The notes: generated from the letters alone by a model not told the origin. Shown: positions 11,025 to 21,378, numbered from the stretch's first letter. The stretch is DNA of 64,000 nt from Candidatus Poribacteria bacterium (GCA_965197475.1 CBDANF010000003.1:2112001-2176000), one strand, 5' to 3'. Program-made: numbers and translations.

Positions 11025-12078
11025 CAAAACTGCTAAAAAGCAGCTTGATACCATTATTAATAGAGCTAGGGTTCATTTTTACAAACCCATACAAATTGCA
11101 GAAATACTTCAGAGAGATAGGACAGAAGGTGATATTGATCTACATAATTTGGATACCTATCGAACACCCTCAAAAAAATGGCGAGATGAGATTTCACTTA
11201 GGTTTGTTGGAAATATCTCTACTTCAAGTTCAAGATTTCAAGACAATCTTTTTGAATCCAATGCCACACCACCAGAAGTTTTGGTGCAATTAGGAAAATT
11301 AAATAGAGACAGTAATGGAGCAGTTGAAGCTTATATTTATAATGCTTTAAAAAACCGATTATCTCAAATGTTTGCAGGATTATCTTATGTCTTAAAGTCC
11401 GGTCGAAAATCTTTTGTCCTAAGTAAGTTTATTGAGCAATTTACGCGAAATCCTGGACTTTCCCGCAGTATTGATAAGATATATGAGATAGTGGTTTATG
11501 CATTGTTTTCAACACTGCTGGAAGTATTAGAAGTTAATATCGGAGTAAAAATCAACAACATCAATAATACGATTCTTAAAGAGTTTTCTGATTTCGCTCA
11601 GAAGGTTCTAGGACTGTCTGAAGAGATACCAGAGATATATCAAACAGCTAAGGTTTTTCGGGTAGGTGTAACAAACGCTGCTGACAGAGGTCTTGATATG
11701 TGGGCAAACTTTGGTGTTGCTATACAGATAAAACACATCTCCTTAACGCATACGGTAATCGAAAACATAAGTAATGAAATTACTGCTGATCGTATAATAA
11801 TTGTCTGCAAGGAATCCGAAAAAGATGTACTTGTGTCTGTCCTTAAACAGTTTGGGAGTGCAAGTCGAATTCAGAGTGTGATAACTTTGGATGAGCTTGA
11901 TGCATGGTATGAAAAAGCCTTACGGGGACAATCATCTGATTTAATCGGTGATAAGATATTACAGAAACTTGCCGACGAAATAAAGATTGAATTTCCTTCA
12001 ACTACTTCAGAATTTGTCGATTTTTTCAATGAACGGGGATATGACAAACTTTCCGATGTTGACTTTTGGCATGCTTAA
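11017..12078 (+). CDS. HaeII-family type II restriction endonuclease
   Basis: AKKQLDTIINRARVHFYKPIQIAEIL, SSSRFQDNLF and RVGVTNAADRGLDMWANFGVAIQIKH are typical of the HaeII family; overlaps the C5-MTase stop. Confidence 0.88.
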   Translation: MNNKTAKKQLDTIINRARVHFYKPIQIAEILQRDRTEGDIDLHNLDTYRTPSKKWRDEISLRFVGNISTSSSRFQDNLFESNATPPEVLVQLGKLNRDSNGAVEAYIYNALKNRLSQMFAGLSYVLKSGRKSFVLSKFIEQFTRNPGLSRSIDKIYEIVVYALFSTLLEVLEVNIGVKINNINNTILKEFSDFAQKVLGLSEEIPEIYQTAKVFRVGVTNAADRGLDMWANFGVAIQIKHISLTHTVIENISNEITADRIIIVCKESEKDVLVSVLKQFGSASRIQSVITLDELDAWYEKALRGQSSDLIGDKILQKLADEIKIEFPSTTSEFVDFFNERGYDKLSDVDFWHA

Positions 12079-12102
12079 ATTCACAACAGTACGGTCCTCA
12101 TT

Positions 12103-13071
12103 ATGAAATATAAATCAAGCACATCGCTCCTTATCTCATTTGCTTTACATCTCATTGTTGGCATAATCGGATTCTTTTACTGGTTTAGCGTTGTACCAAG
12201 CCACAATGCAGACAGCATTGATGCAATCTTCACTGATGTGGAACCGCCGAAAACCAAACGGATAACACCTCCAAAACGTCCCCAAATCCGTAAACAAACC
12301 ACACAGAGTACGAATCAGCCACAGATGAAGATATTAACGAGCAACCAACCCGCGACACAACGTGGTGTTGTTTCAGCCGCCGAACCAACCGAATTTCAAC
12401 CCTTTGAAAAAGTCAATTTAAGTGACGGCGTAGCACCCGGTCCGGCTTCTATAGAATTCAAAGGCGCGCCACGTATACAGAGAGGCGTAGAAACACCTGT
12501 CAAGAAACAGCCAAAAACGCCAAGTCGTTTTAAAAGTCGGTTGGTAAAATTCATTGAGGCACAAGAGGGACCACAGCGCATTGTTTACTGTGTTGACCTG
12601 TCGAACAGCATGCAGAACTGGCAAGAACGGAAACTGAAAAAGATCGTGGACATCTTGCGGGATTCGCTGACCTTCCTTGAACCGCATGATAGTTTTAACA
12701 TCATGGCATTTAGCACCGAGTTAGTTGTCTATCAGGACAAATTTGTTCCTGTAACTGAAGCGGCAGTGGATGCTTCGTCAGCGTATTTAGCGGACATAAA
12801 ATCGCACATCCATACAAAAGGCACCGACCACGACATGTTTTCTGCGTTGACAGAAATAGCAAAAACATCTCCCACGATCGTTGTTCTCTTTAGCGATGGA
12901 ATCCCCACGAGTATTTCTGCACCAGACCTTACGTTAGTAGGTGAACATGCAAAAGGGAACGGAAAGATTTTCGCGATAGGCATCGGCATGGCACCAAATT
13001 TCCCGGGTGCAGTGATGCTGAAGCAGCTAAGTATTGTCAGTAAGGGTGATTTTTGGCTCGTTGATAGATAA
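12103..13071 (+). CDS. Membrane-anchored VWA-domain protein
   Basis: N-terminal TM (ISFALHLIVG), Pro/Lys-rich linker, MIDAS DLSNS, SFNIMAFS, LFSDG. Confidence 0.85.
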   Translation: MKYKSSTSLLISFALHLIVGIIGFFYWFSVVPSHNADSIDAIFTDVEPPKTKRITPPKRPQIRKQTTQSTNQPQMKILTSNQPATQRGVVSAAEPTEFQPFEKVNLSDGVAPGPASIEFKGAPRIQRGVETPVKKQPKTPSRFKSRLVKFIEAQEGPQRIVYCVDLSNSMQNWQERKLKKIVDILRDSLTFLEPHDSFNIMAFSTELVVYQDKFVPVTEAAVDASSAYLADIKSHIHTKGTDHDMFSALTEIAKTSPTIVVLFSDGIPTSISAPDLTLVGEHAKGNGKIFAIGIGMAPNFPGAVMLKQLSIVSKGDFWLVDR

Positions 13072-13109
13072 ATATCAGATTAAAACGCCCATACAAGAAG
13101 GAAAACCGC

Positions 13110-14933
13110 ATGCAGCACTCAGAATTTAAACGTGCTGAAGATATTGCTAAAGGGTTGTTTCCACATCAAGTAGAAGGTATTGCGTTTTTGCTGGGCCGTC
13201 GTCGCGCACTCCTTGCCGATGATATGGGGTTGGGAAAAACACGTCAGTCCGTCATTGCAATGGTTGAAGCAGAACCGGTTGGTCCCTATTTGGTTATCTG
13301 TCCTGCTTCTATAAAACGAAACTGGGCACGTGAAATTGAAATCGTGCTTCCAAATGCAGAACCTGCCATCGCTGGTCCCAAACCACTGCCTCCCACAGAT
13401 TTCCAAGACTGGGTTATAATCAACTATGAAATCCTCGGTAAAAACTTGGATAAACTACTTGAATTTGATTGGAAAGGTGTCGTTTTTGACGAAGCACATT
13501 ACCTGAAAAATTACCAGAGTCAACGCAGCCAAAACGGTGCCAAACTTGTACAATCCATTAAGAATGATCCAGTAGTCCATGCCCTAACAGGTACCCCGAT
13601 GACAAGCCGACCTCGTGATCTTTTCCCAATTCTGCAATTGGTTGATCATGCGCTGGGAAAGAGTTTTCTCAGTTTTGCGAAACGTTATTGTGATGCATAT
13701 CAAGGAGATTTCGGGTTAGTCGCAGATGGTGCAAGCAATATTGAAGAGTTAACCGTGCAACTACACGGTATCATGCTACGCCGCACAAAGGATGAGGTTT
13801 TAGACCTACCACCGAAGGTGCGAACATGGATGGACGTTGAACTGCACCCTTATGCGATCCAGCACTATAATCGATTAGTACAAGAATTCCTATCTAAATT
13901 TGAGACACCAGAAGCTATTGGTGGATTACCGGAATCTCTGGAACTATCATCAGAATCCCGCGAAGAATTAGATGAATCGATAGACACTACTGATTTAGGA
14001 AGTGGAATGGGTAGGATAACCCAAGTGCGTCGAGCAATTGCATTTGTCAAATGCCGTCACACTATTAAATTCGTGGAAAATGCGTTGGAACAAGGTGAAA
14101 AAGTAATTATCTTCACATCCTTCCTCAATACGATGCAGCGTTTCCGAAAGCATTTTAAGGGCAGAGCGGTGTATGTTTCAGGTGCTGTTCCAACACATGA
14201 GAGGCAGGATCGGGTTGATCGATTTCAAAACGATGACGACATCAAACTATTCATCGCCAACATGCACATCGCAGGGGTAGGCATAAATCTTACCGCAGCT
14301 CGGCAGGTCGTCTTCAACGACTTAGATTGGGTGCCAGCAAACCATTGGCAAGCAGAGGATCGCGCCTATCGCATTGGTCAAACAGGGACTGTAAATGTCA
14401 CCTATATGGTCGCTAACGGAACGATCGATACGTTCGTCAAAACAGTATTGGAAACAAAGGCAGCATTGATGGATTCGATCATTGAAGGATCAATACTATT
14501 CCCGGGCGGAGAGGCAGCACTTCAGTTGGATGTCCTCAGCGAACTCAAGCGGATGATGAATGCACTGTCTGTCCAAACGACTGAACTTAAGGAATCAAAA
14601 ATCCATGATGTACTTCAGAAAGCAGGCGATGCGTATCTTGAAGAGAACGCATCACATCTCCAAGAAGCAACCCGAAAGCAGCTCCGTCCATATTCCGAAG
14701 AACCCATCCGTATTTTACCACAAGTCCTCTCCGGTCCTCAGCGAACCGTTTATCATGCCGAAAGTTCATCAAAAAAGGGAAAGTTTTACACGTTGGAGGT
14801 AGTCGGTGCGGATATAACCTGTGATTGCCCTGGGTTCACGTATCGCGGCAGTTGCCGACATGTCCGTCCCCTAAAATCTGCCATCGTCGCAGACAAGCCA
14901 TTGCCAAAAGGGTATAAGGAAGTCACATTGTAG
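13110..14933 (+). CDS. SNF2-family helicase (SMARCAL1/ZRANB3-like) with C-terminal SWIM zinc finger
   Basis: ADDMGLGKT, DEAH, LTGTP, GINLTAA, QAEDRAYRIGQ; C-terminal CDCPGFTYRGSCRH. Confidence 0.9.
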   Translation: MQHSEFKRAEDIAKGLFPHQVEGIAFLLGRRRALLADDMGLGKTRQSVIAMVEAEPVGPYLVICPASIKRNWAREIEIVLPNAEPAIAGPKPLPPTDFQDWVIINYEILGKNLDKLLEFDWKGVVFDEAHYLKNYQSQRSQNGAKLVQSIKNDPVVHALTGTPMTSRPRDLFPILQLVDHALGKSFLSFAKRYCDAYQGDFGLVADGASNIEELTVQLHGIMLRRTKDEVLDLPPKVRTWMDVELHPYAIQHYNRLVQEFLSKFETPEAIGGLPESLELSSESREELDESIDTTDLGSGMGRITQVRRAIAFVKCRHTIKFVENALEQGEKVIIFTSFLNTMQRFRKHFKGRAVYVSGAVPTHERQDRVDRFQNDDDIKLFIANMHIAGVGINLTAARQVVFNDLDWVPANHWQAEDRAYRIGQTGTVNVTYMVANGTIDTFVKTVLETKAALMDSIIEGSILFPGGEAALQLDVLSELKRMMNALSVQTTELKESKIHDVLQKAGDAYLEENASHLQEATRKQLRPYSEEPIRILPQVLSGPQRTVYHAESSSKKGKFYTLEVVGADITCDCPGFTYRGSCRHVRPLKSAIVADKPLPKGYKEVTL

Positions 14934-14944
14934 GCACCGAATAC

Positions 14945-15414
14945 TATACACGTATTGACGGTTGAAAAGGACACGGTTGGATACAAACACGCACGCTTAC
15001 TGCCAGCACCGCCCTCACAGACTATTTGGCATGCCCGGGGCTTGCACAAGTGTATCAATACTGATGTGAACGCACGCATACCCGCACAGGAAAACAACAC
15101 ATTGGATACAATATGGGATAACAAGTTTGCCACCAGAAGACGGCTCCGCAGCACGACTTTTGACACTATGGCGTGGACATTGGGCAATAGAGAACTTGGC
15201 GCATTGCACAAAGGATATGCTATTTGGTGAGGATGCTTCGCAAGTGCGGTGTGGTAGTATTCCACAAGTAATGTGTGCATTACGAAATGCGGTGATCAGT
15301 CTTTCGCGCACATCTGGATACACTGAAATAGCATATTCACTCCGATATTTTGCCGCACATCCAGAACAAGCACTCAAACTCATTGGAATAAATATTGACA
15401 ATTGAATGCCTCTG
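14945..15414 (+). mobile_element. ISAs1-family transposase remnant (3' part with right IR)
   Basis: VEKGHG-like segment and RGHWAIEN..H..KDMLFGEDASQVR...LRNAVISL; internal stop and frameshifts; right IR 15397-15414. Confidence 0.85.
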
Positions 15415-15432
15415 GATGAATCATAGATTCCT

Positions 15433-15462
15433 TTGACATCACGACATATTTCGTGGTATATT
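15433..15462 (+). promoter_or_regulatory. Putative sigma70 promoter of recJ-rel
   Basis: TTGACA (15433-38), 18-nt spacer, TG-extended TATATT (15457-62). Confidence 0.5.
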
Positions 15463-15591
15463 ATTTATGATAGATTAACAATTAACGATTCACCGTCCAT
15501 CGGCGCGCTTACCAGTAGGTGTCTACTTATTTTCATATTTCACCATAAAAGATGGCATCCTACGAACAAATGACACGGATTTTCGCATTCG

Positions 15592-18207
15592 TTGCTGCAA
15601 AATGCACACATAAGAGAGTTGGATTTAATGAAACTGCATCCTTCCAAAATATGGCAATACCAAAACCCTGATATTGATATAAGTCTTACGCTTGCGGCAG
15701 GACTCGGTATTACACCTTTGGTCGCGCGCCTTCTTGTCAATCGTGGAATTAAGACAGTCGAGGAAGGGAAAACCTATCTCCACCCAACGTATGCTGACCT
15801 ACACTCTCCGTTTGATATGGCAGATATGGGAAAAGCAGTTGAACGAATTCGACAAGCAATAAAGAAAGGCGAACAGATATACATTTATGGTGATTATGAC
15901 GCGGATGGTACAACAGCAACCGCGCTTTTAGTAAACGCATTTCGCTTTATCGATTTTCCGGTAAAATACTATATTCCACATCGATACCTTGAAGGCTACG
16001 GTCTCAATAAAGCTGCAGTTGGAGATATTCATAAAAATGGTTGCTCATTAATGATTACCGTTGATTGCGGTATCACTTCAGTTGACGAGATTAAACTTGC
16101 AAATGAACTCGGTATGGATGTGATTCTCACCGATCACCATCAACCGCCTGAAAATGATCCGCCCCCAGCTTACGCTATCATTTCACCGAAAGTGCCCGGA
16201 AATGAATACCCCTACACAGATTTAGCAGGTGTCGGATTAGCCTTCAAACTTGCACAAGGGTTGATAGACGATGAACCATTTCTCACTTCACTGCTTGATC
16301 TCGTTGTGTTAGGAACAGTTGTAGATATCGCACCGCTCACAGGCGAAAACCGAACGTTAAGCCGACTCGGGTTGGCAGAAATCAATAAGCAGCAACGTAT
16401 CGGTATTCAGAAACTGTGTGGGATCGCGAGTCTTAAAGACAAGCCGCTTGTTGGTCGATCTCTCTCATTCGGTTTGGGACCTCGACTAAATGCAGCCGGA
16501 CGACTGGATACAGCAAAAAAAGTAGTGGAACTGTTGACAACCGAGTCAAGTGAAATCGCAGCGCAGCGCGCAAACGAATTAGATACCTGCAATCAAAACC
16601 GAAAAAATATCGAAAATGAGATCCAGGAAAGTGCTGTCGCGCTTCTTAACAAAGATGAAAATCTTGAACAGACGAAAGGATTAGTCGTTGCGAGTGACGC
16701 ATGGAACAAACAGGCACAAGGTGTCGTTGGTATTGTCGCATCGCGGTTACTTGAACAGTATTACCGTCCTATTTTTGTTCTTGCCATAGATGGTGATGAA
16801 GCAACTGGATCAGGGCGTTGTATTGATGGGATGAATCTCGCTGATAGTTTGAATAGCTGCGCCAAATTGCTTATTAGACACGGAGGACACAAAGCCGCAG
16901 CAGGGCTCACACTGAAAACTGCGAATATCCCTAAATTTAAGAAAGCATTCAACGAATTTGCATGCGAAAATCTCTCTGACACTGATTTGATCCCTAAACT
17001 CGCTCTGGATTTTGAAACAGATCTCTCGTCTCTAACGTTAGAAACCTTAGAACAGTTTGAAATATTGGAACCGTTTGGCGCAGAGAATTCCACACCACGT
17101 TTTGTAAGTAAGGGTTTGTCAATTAAAGGGCAACCCTCCCTGATGGGAAAAGAGAAGCAACACATCTCAATGTTTATTGGGGACGAGTCAACTCAAAAAA
17201 GAACAATCGGTTGGCGGAAAGCCCAACACGTAACGACACTTAGAAGACCCGACATTGCATTAGATATCGCATTTTCGCCAGAGATCAATGATTTCAACAA
17301 TACTCGTTCTGTCCAACTCATCCTTGAAGAGTTTCATATTCAGACAGCAGAACGTGCGCCGAACCTAACGATATTTCCACCAACTGACACTCCTTCGCTT
17401 GGAAGAGTCGTGGACCAGCGCAACAAAAATAAAAAGGATTGCCTTTTGTCTTTGCTAAACAAGGATGCACCGTGTATAATATATGTATTGAACACTGAGA
17501 AGATGAACCTGTTGTTGACAAGCGTTATTCCCGAAAAAGCATCAATAATTGGCACACATGATGAGACAACCACGGAGGCAGCAGAAATTGAACTGTTAGA
17601 AAAAATTAGAAATGGTGAACTCAATGGAGTTGTTTCCTCCGCCAGGTTTTCGTCAGCTTCCTTGGAAGCCGTTCCTGTTGTAGAACATATCGTCTTCTGT
17701 CATTTGACTGCACAACCCGGAGATTTTTTCATGCGGTGTAAACCTGCAGCAAATGCCCAAAATACGACATTCCTTCATCTACTTTACAATACAGAATCAG
17801 ATGTGGGGTTGCTGCAGGAGTGGTTAGATAGCACATATCCTGACAGGAAGTCGCTCAGTGTGCTTTACCGAAAATTGCAAGAAACAGCCAGCACAGATTT
17901 TATCAGTTCGGAAACACTTACAGATACGCTTGAGGGCACTTCAAAGCAGGCGGTCGAAACCGGGTTAACTATTTTTGAAGAATTAGCGTTACTTGAAAGA
18001 AATACGGAGTCTGGACAACAGTATGTTAGACTTTTGCCAAACCGTAAAAGTAATTTGGACAGGTCAAAAACCTATCTAAAATGTCAATGGTTAAAGCAGA
18101 AAAGCCAAGAGTTTCTGAAATTCCAACTTCAGGAAAACACCCCACAAATTTGGGAGCGCATAAAAGATGAGTGTGGAATCCCTAATTCAAAAAATTCAGA
18201 GACATAA
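15592..18207 (+). CDS. recJ: Single-stranded DNA exonuclease RecJ with long C-terminal extension
   Basis: GDYDADG, ITVDCG, TDHH, GPRLNAAGRL, GSGR, GGHKAAAG; true start probably ATG 15628. Confidence 0.93.
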   Translation: MLQNAHIRELDLMKLHPSKIWQYQNPDIDISLTLAAGLGITPLVARLLVNRGIKTVEEGKTYLHPTYADLHSPFDMADMGKAVERIRQAIKKGEQIYIYGDYDADGTTATALLVNAFRFIDFPVKYYIPHRYLEGYGLNKAAVGDIHKNGCSLMITVDCGITSVDEIKLANELGMDVILTDHHQPPENDPPPAYAIISPKVPGNEYPYTDLAGVGLAFKLAQGLIDDEPFLTSLLDLVVLGTVVDIAPLTGENRTLSRLGLAEINKQQRIGIQKLCGIASLKDKPLVGRSLSFGLGPRLNAAGRLDTAKKVVELLTTESSEIAAQRANELDTCNQNRKNIENEIQESAVALLNKDENLEQTKGLVVASDAWNKQAQGVVGIVASRLLEQYYRPIFVLAIDGDEATGSGRCIDGMNLADSLNSCAKLLIRHGGHKAAAGLTLKTANIPKFKKAFNEFACENLSDTDLIPKLALDFETDLSSLTLETLEQFEILEPFGAENSTPRFVSKGLSIKGQPSLMGKEKQHISMFIGDESTQKRTIGWRKAQHVTTLRRPDIALDIAFSPEINDFNNTRSVQLILEEFHIQTAERAPNLTIFPPTDTPSLGRVVDQRNKNKKDCLLSLLNKDAPCIIYVLNTEKMNLLLTSVIPEKASIIGTHDETTTEAAEIELLEKIRNGELNGVVSSARFSSASLEAVPVVEHIVFCHLTAQPGDFFMRCKPAANAQNTTFLHLLYNTESDVGLLQEWLDSTYPDRKSLSVLYRKLQETASTDFISSETLTDTLEGTSKQAVETGLTIFEELALLERNTESGQQYVRLLPNRKSNLDRSKTYLKCQWLKQKSQEFLKFQLQENTPQIWERIKDECGIPNSKNSET

Positions 18208-20299
18208 TCCTGAAGCAGAAACCGATTTTGATTTTCTCAAAACGTGTTACGGTTTTTCCGAGAACGCGCATAAAAAGCAGCTGCGAAAATCCGGCGAACC
18301 GTATTTCATGCATTGTGTGAGAACTGCCGAGATACTCGCGCAATTGCGATTGGACATGGACACAATCTGTGCGGGTTTAATGCACGATGTGTTAGAAGAT
18401 ACCGGTATCACACGTGGTGAGATGGAAAAGCGGTTTGGAAAAAATATCGCGCACTTGGTTGAAGGCGTAACAAAAATCGGTCGGTATAAATTTAGCGGGG
18501 GCCACCGCAAGCGACAAGCTGAAACATATAGGAAATTATTATTAGCTACCGCAGAAGATATGCGCGTCATCCTGATTAAACTGGCTGACAGACTCCACAA
18601 TATGGAAACTCTGGAGCATTTATCCGCTGAACAACAGCAACGGATTTCTAAAGAAACACTTGAAATTTACGCACCTATTGCACATCGACTCGGCATTTGG
18701 TCGATCATGGGTCGCCTTGAAGACCTCTCCCTCAAATATCTCCTCCCTGAAACATATAGAGAAATCGCTGACCTCCTCAATGAAAAGCTGGATGAACGGC
18801 AAGCATACTGTAAAAAAATGGAAGCCATTATTCATGGTGAACTAAAGAAACACGGCATCTCAGCAAACGTGAGGGGACGAACGAAACATATTTATAGTAT
18901 CTACCAGAAGATGAATCAGAAGGGAACTCCGTTTAAAGATATTTGTGATTTAGTGGGGCTTCGCGTGATTGTTGATGACGATTGGAATTGCTACAGCGCA
19001 CTTGGCGTGCTGCATCTGAGATGGAACTATCTCCCCGATCGGGTCCAAGATTGGATCGGTCAACCGAAGAAAAATGGGTATCAATCCTTACATACTACCA
19101 TTTTAGATGACGGAAAACCGATTGAGATACAGATTCGGAGTAAGGAGATGCATCAAATTGCTGAAAACGGGATCGCTGCACACTGGAGCTATAAGGAAGG
19201 GGTGCCAACAACGAAGGAAGCACTCTCCATCTTTGCTAATTACAAAGAGATGCTTGATGACATACAAGATACGCAAGATGTGCCGGATCGATTTATTGAG
19301 TCCATGAAACTGGAACTCTTCCAAGATGAGGTCTACGTCTTCACACCGAAAGGTGACATACACGCGCTGCCGGTAGGTTCCTCAGCAATTGATTTTGCCT
19401 ACAAAATTCACACCGACATCGGACACACATGTTGTGGTGCAGAAGTGAATAACGTGTTGACACAGATACGCGAACCCCTTCAAAACGGTGATAGGATTCT
19501 CATCCTAACCGACCCCAAAAGTACCCCAAGCCGGGCCTGGTTACGCATGGTAAAAACTACCAATGCCCGAACCAAAATACGCCACTGGTTCCGTGAAAAA
19601 GACCGATCAGATGCGATTGAATTAGGCAAGACATTTCTCAAAGCGGAACTTCAAGTTTCATACCTGAATGCAAACGATTATCTGAAATCCCCTAAACTAC
19701 TTGAGATTGCTCAACAACTCGGACTTAAGAGTGTCGAGGAACTTTGTATTCGGATCGGCAATGGAAGTGAATCTGCCACACAAATAGTCAATCAATTGAA
19801 ACCAGAAAAGCCAGAAGTAACGGCAGAAACACAATCAATACAACGTGTAGAACCCACTATCCAACTTGAAAACGGCATAGACTTAGGGATGGTGCGTGTT
19901 ATGAAATGTTGTCACCCGATTCCTGGGGACGACACCGTGGGTTACATCACGCGCGGGCGTGGTGTCTCTGTTCATAGGACTGGGTGCGCCCGGTTACTTG
20001 ATGAACCTGAACGGTTCGTCGCGGTCAATTGGCAACCGGTAGATGGGACAAACTATCCAGCGCAAATTTTTATTGAATGCCACGACAAACCTGGGATGTT
20101 AGGCGAAATTACAACTGCAATCGCCAAATTCCAAGTCAACATTCGAGAAGGAAACTTTAAAGCCTCCACCATTACCAGAATTGATGATATCGCTGCAGAT
20201 TCTTTTACGCTGGATGTAACCGGGGTAGAACAGTTGAAAGAGGTGATGGATGCGGTTAAACGTTTGAAAGGCGTAGAAAGCGTCATCCGAAAAATGTAA
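18167..20299 (+). CDS. relA: Bifunctional (p)ppGpp synthetase/hydrolase Rel (HD-SYNTH-TGS-ACT)
   Basis: RKSGEPY, HDVLEDT, KLADRLHNM, GYQSLHT, EIQIR, FTPKG, DFAYKIHT, CCHPIPGD, ACT DKPGML. Confidence 0.95.
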   Translation: MSVESLIQKIQRHNPEAETDFDFLKTCYGFSENAHKKQLRKSGEPYFMHCVRTAEILAQLRLDMDTICAGLMHDVLEDTGITRGEMEKRFGKNIAHLVEGVTKIGRYKFSGGHRKRQAETYRKLLLATAEDMRVILIKLADRLHNMETLEHLSAEQQQRISKETLEIYAPIAHRLGIWSIMGRLEDLSLKYLLPETYREIADLLNEKLDERQAYCKKMEAIIHGELKKHGISANVRGRTKHIYSIYQKMNQKGTPFKDICDLVGLRVIVDDDWNCYSALGVLHLRWNYLPDRVQDWIGQPKKNGYQSLHTTILDDGKPIEIQIRSKEMHQIAENGIAAHWSYKEGVPTTKEALSIFANYKEMLDDIQDTQDVPDRFIESMKLELFQDEVYVFTPKGDIHALPVGSSAIDFAYKIHTDIGHTCCGAEVNNVLTQIREPLQNGDRILILTDPKSTPSRAWLRMVKTTNARTKIRHWFREKDRSDAIELGKTFLKAELQVSYLNANDYLKSPKLLEIAQQLGLKSVEELCIRIGNGSESATQIVNQLKPEKPEVTAETQSIQRVEPTIQLENGIDLGMVRVMKCCHPIPGDDTVGYITRGRGVSVHRTGCARLLDEPERFVAVNWQPVDGTNYPAQIFIECHDKPGMLGEITTAIAKFQVNIREGNFKASTITRIDDIAADSFTLDVTGVEQLKEVMDAVKRLKGVESVIRKM

Positions 20300-20304
20300 G
20301 GTCT

Positions 20305-20517
20305 TTACAAATCCGTTGACATACGGGAGATAACTTTAGTAACTTTGCCGCTCCGAATGCAGGACGTGCAGACTCGAATTCGCCTTGGTCCGTCTTCAGT
20401 CATAGTTCTAACACGTTGGAGGTTTGGAAGCCAACGACGTTTGGTGTGTCGGTCCGATACACTGATTTGATTACCTGTTCTTGGTCTTTTTCCACATAGG
20501 GTACATACTCTGGACAA
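20305..20517 (-). CDS. rpmB: 50S ribosomal protein L28 (zinc-binding C+ form)
   Basis: SRVCTLCGK...TKRRWLPNLQ...VCTSCIRSG; TTG at 20517 follows GGAGGT. Confidence 0.95.
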   Translation of the reverse strand: MSRVCTLCGKRPRTGNQISVSDRHTKRRWLPNLQRVRTMTEDGPRRIRVCTSCIRSGKVTKVISRMSTDL

Positions 20518-20577
20518 TTTAAACACCTCCTTCTCTTTTGAATTTTAGTGTAAACTTAACATTTAAAGAATACCATA

Positions 20578-21378
20578 TTGGATAAGCAAATGCAAATTTT
20601 TCTTTCTAAAAATCGTTTATTCCTTTCTCTACTTATTCTAACGGTCTTTTTTGCTTGTGGGACCGAGGAAAAAGAAACTCCAAAACTACCTGTTCAACCA
20701 GAACCAATTCTATACGGTACTGTGTCCGGAACTGTTACCGATGCAATGACAAACAACCCAATCCCTGGTGCTGTCGTAAAGTTATTTGGATTAGAGGTCC
20801 AAACTGAAGTTGACGGAATTTTCGTGTTTCACGGGATCCCTTATTTAGAGGAACAAACGATAACGGTTAACGATCCCGACTATCAAACATATTCACACGT
20901 TTTCACGATCAACCAAGCACGCAAGGATGTAGATGTTGCTTTAACACCTCTCAAAGACCCTACGGACGAATTAAACGCTTTTCTTGAAAGTTTTTCGGAA
21001 CTGCTTGAGTCATTAGACCCAGAAAACCTTCCAGCAATTCAGGCGCGCTTTTCAGAATCTTATGTCGCTTCCGACGACCCTATCACGAATTTGGGTATCT
21101 TCTCAGGTGTAGTTCCTTCAAATTATGAAGGTGTAATCCCAACCTGCACAAACTTGTTCGACAAATATTCTTGGTTAGAATTCGTGTTTAAAAACAGAGA
21201 GATGGATATAATCCATGCGAGAAAAGCATCAATTGGACTATTGATAGACGTAGACTCTGAAAATGCGGAAGACGGAAATCTCAGCCACCTTGAGGCAAAG
21301 TGTGTTTTTGAGTTTCGTCGTGAAGATACTGATTGGAAAATTGTCTACTGGCAGCTTTTGAGTTTAGACGTTCGCTAG
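20578..21378 (+). CDS. Lipoprotein with carboxypeptidase-regulatory-like domain and NTF2-like C-terminus
   Basis: Lipobox FFAC; GTVSGTVTDA...PIPGAVV; C-terminal FEFRRE..WKI. Confidence 0.7.
   Translation: MDKQMQIFLSKNRLFLSLLILTVFFACGTEEKETPKLPVQPEPILYGTVSGTVTDAMTNNPIPGAVVKLFGLEVQTEVDGIFVFHGIPYLEEQTITVNDPDYQTYSHVFTINQARKDVDVALTPLKDPTDELNAFLESFSELLESLDPENLPAIQARFSESYVASDDPITNLGIFSGVVPSNYEGVIPTCTNLFDKYSWLEFVFKNREMDIIHARKASIGLLIDVDSENAEDGNLSHLEAKCVFEFRREDTDWKIVYWQLLSLDVR

Noticed and set aside
12103-13071. VWA protein as part of the defence islet together with SNF2
   Set aside because: It has an N-terminal TM anchor with an exported-type architecture and host-like base composition; no MoxR, kinase or phosphatase partner is adjacent.
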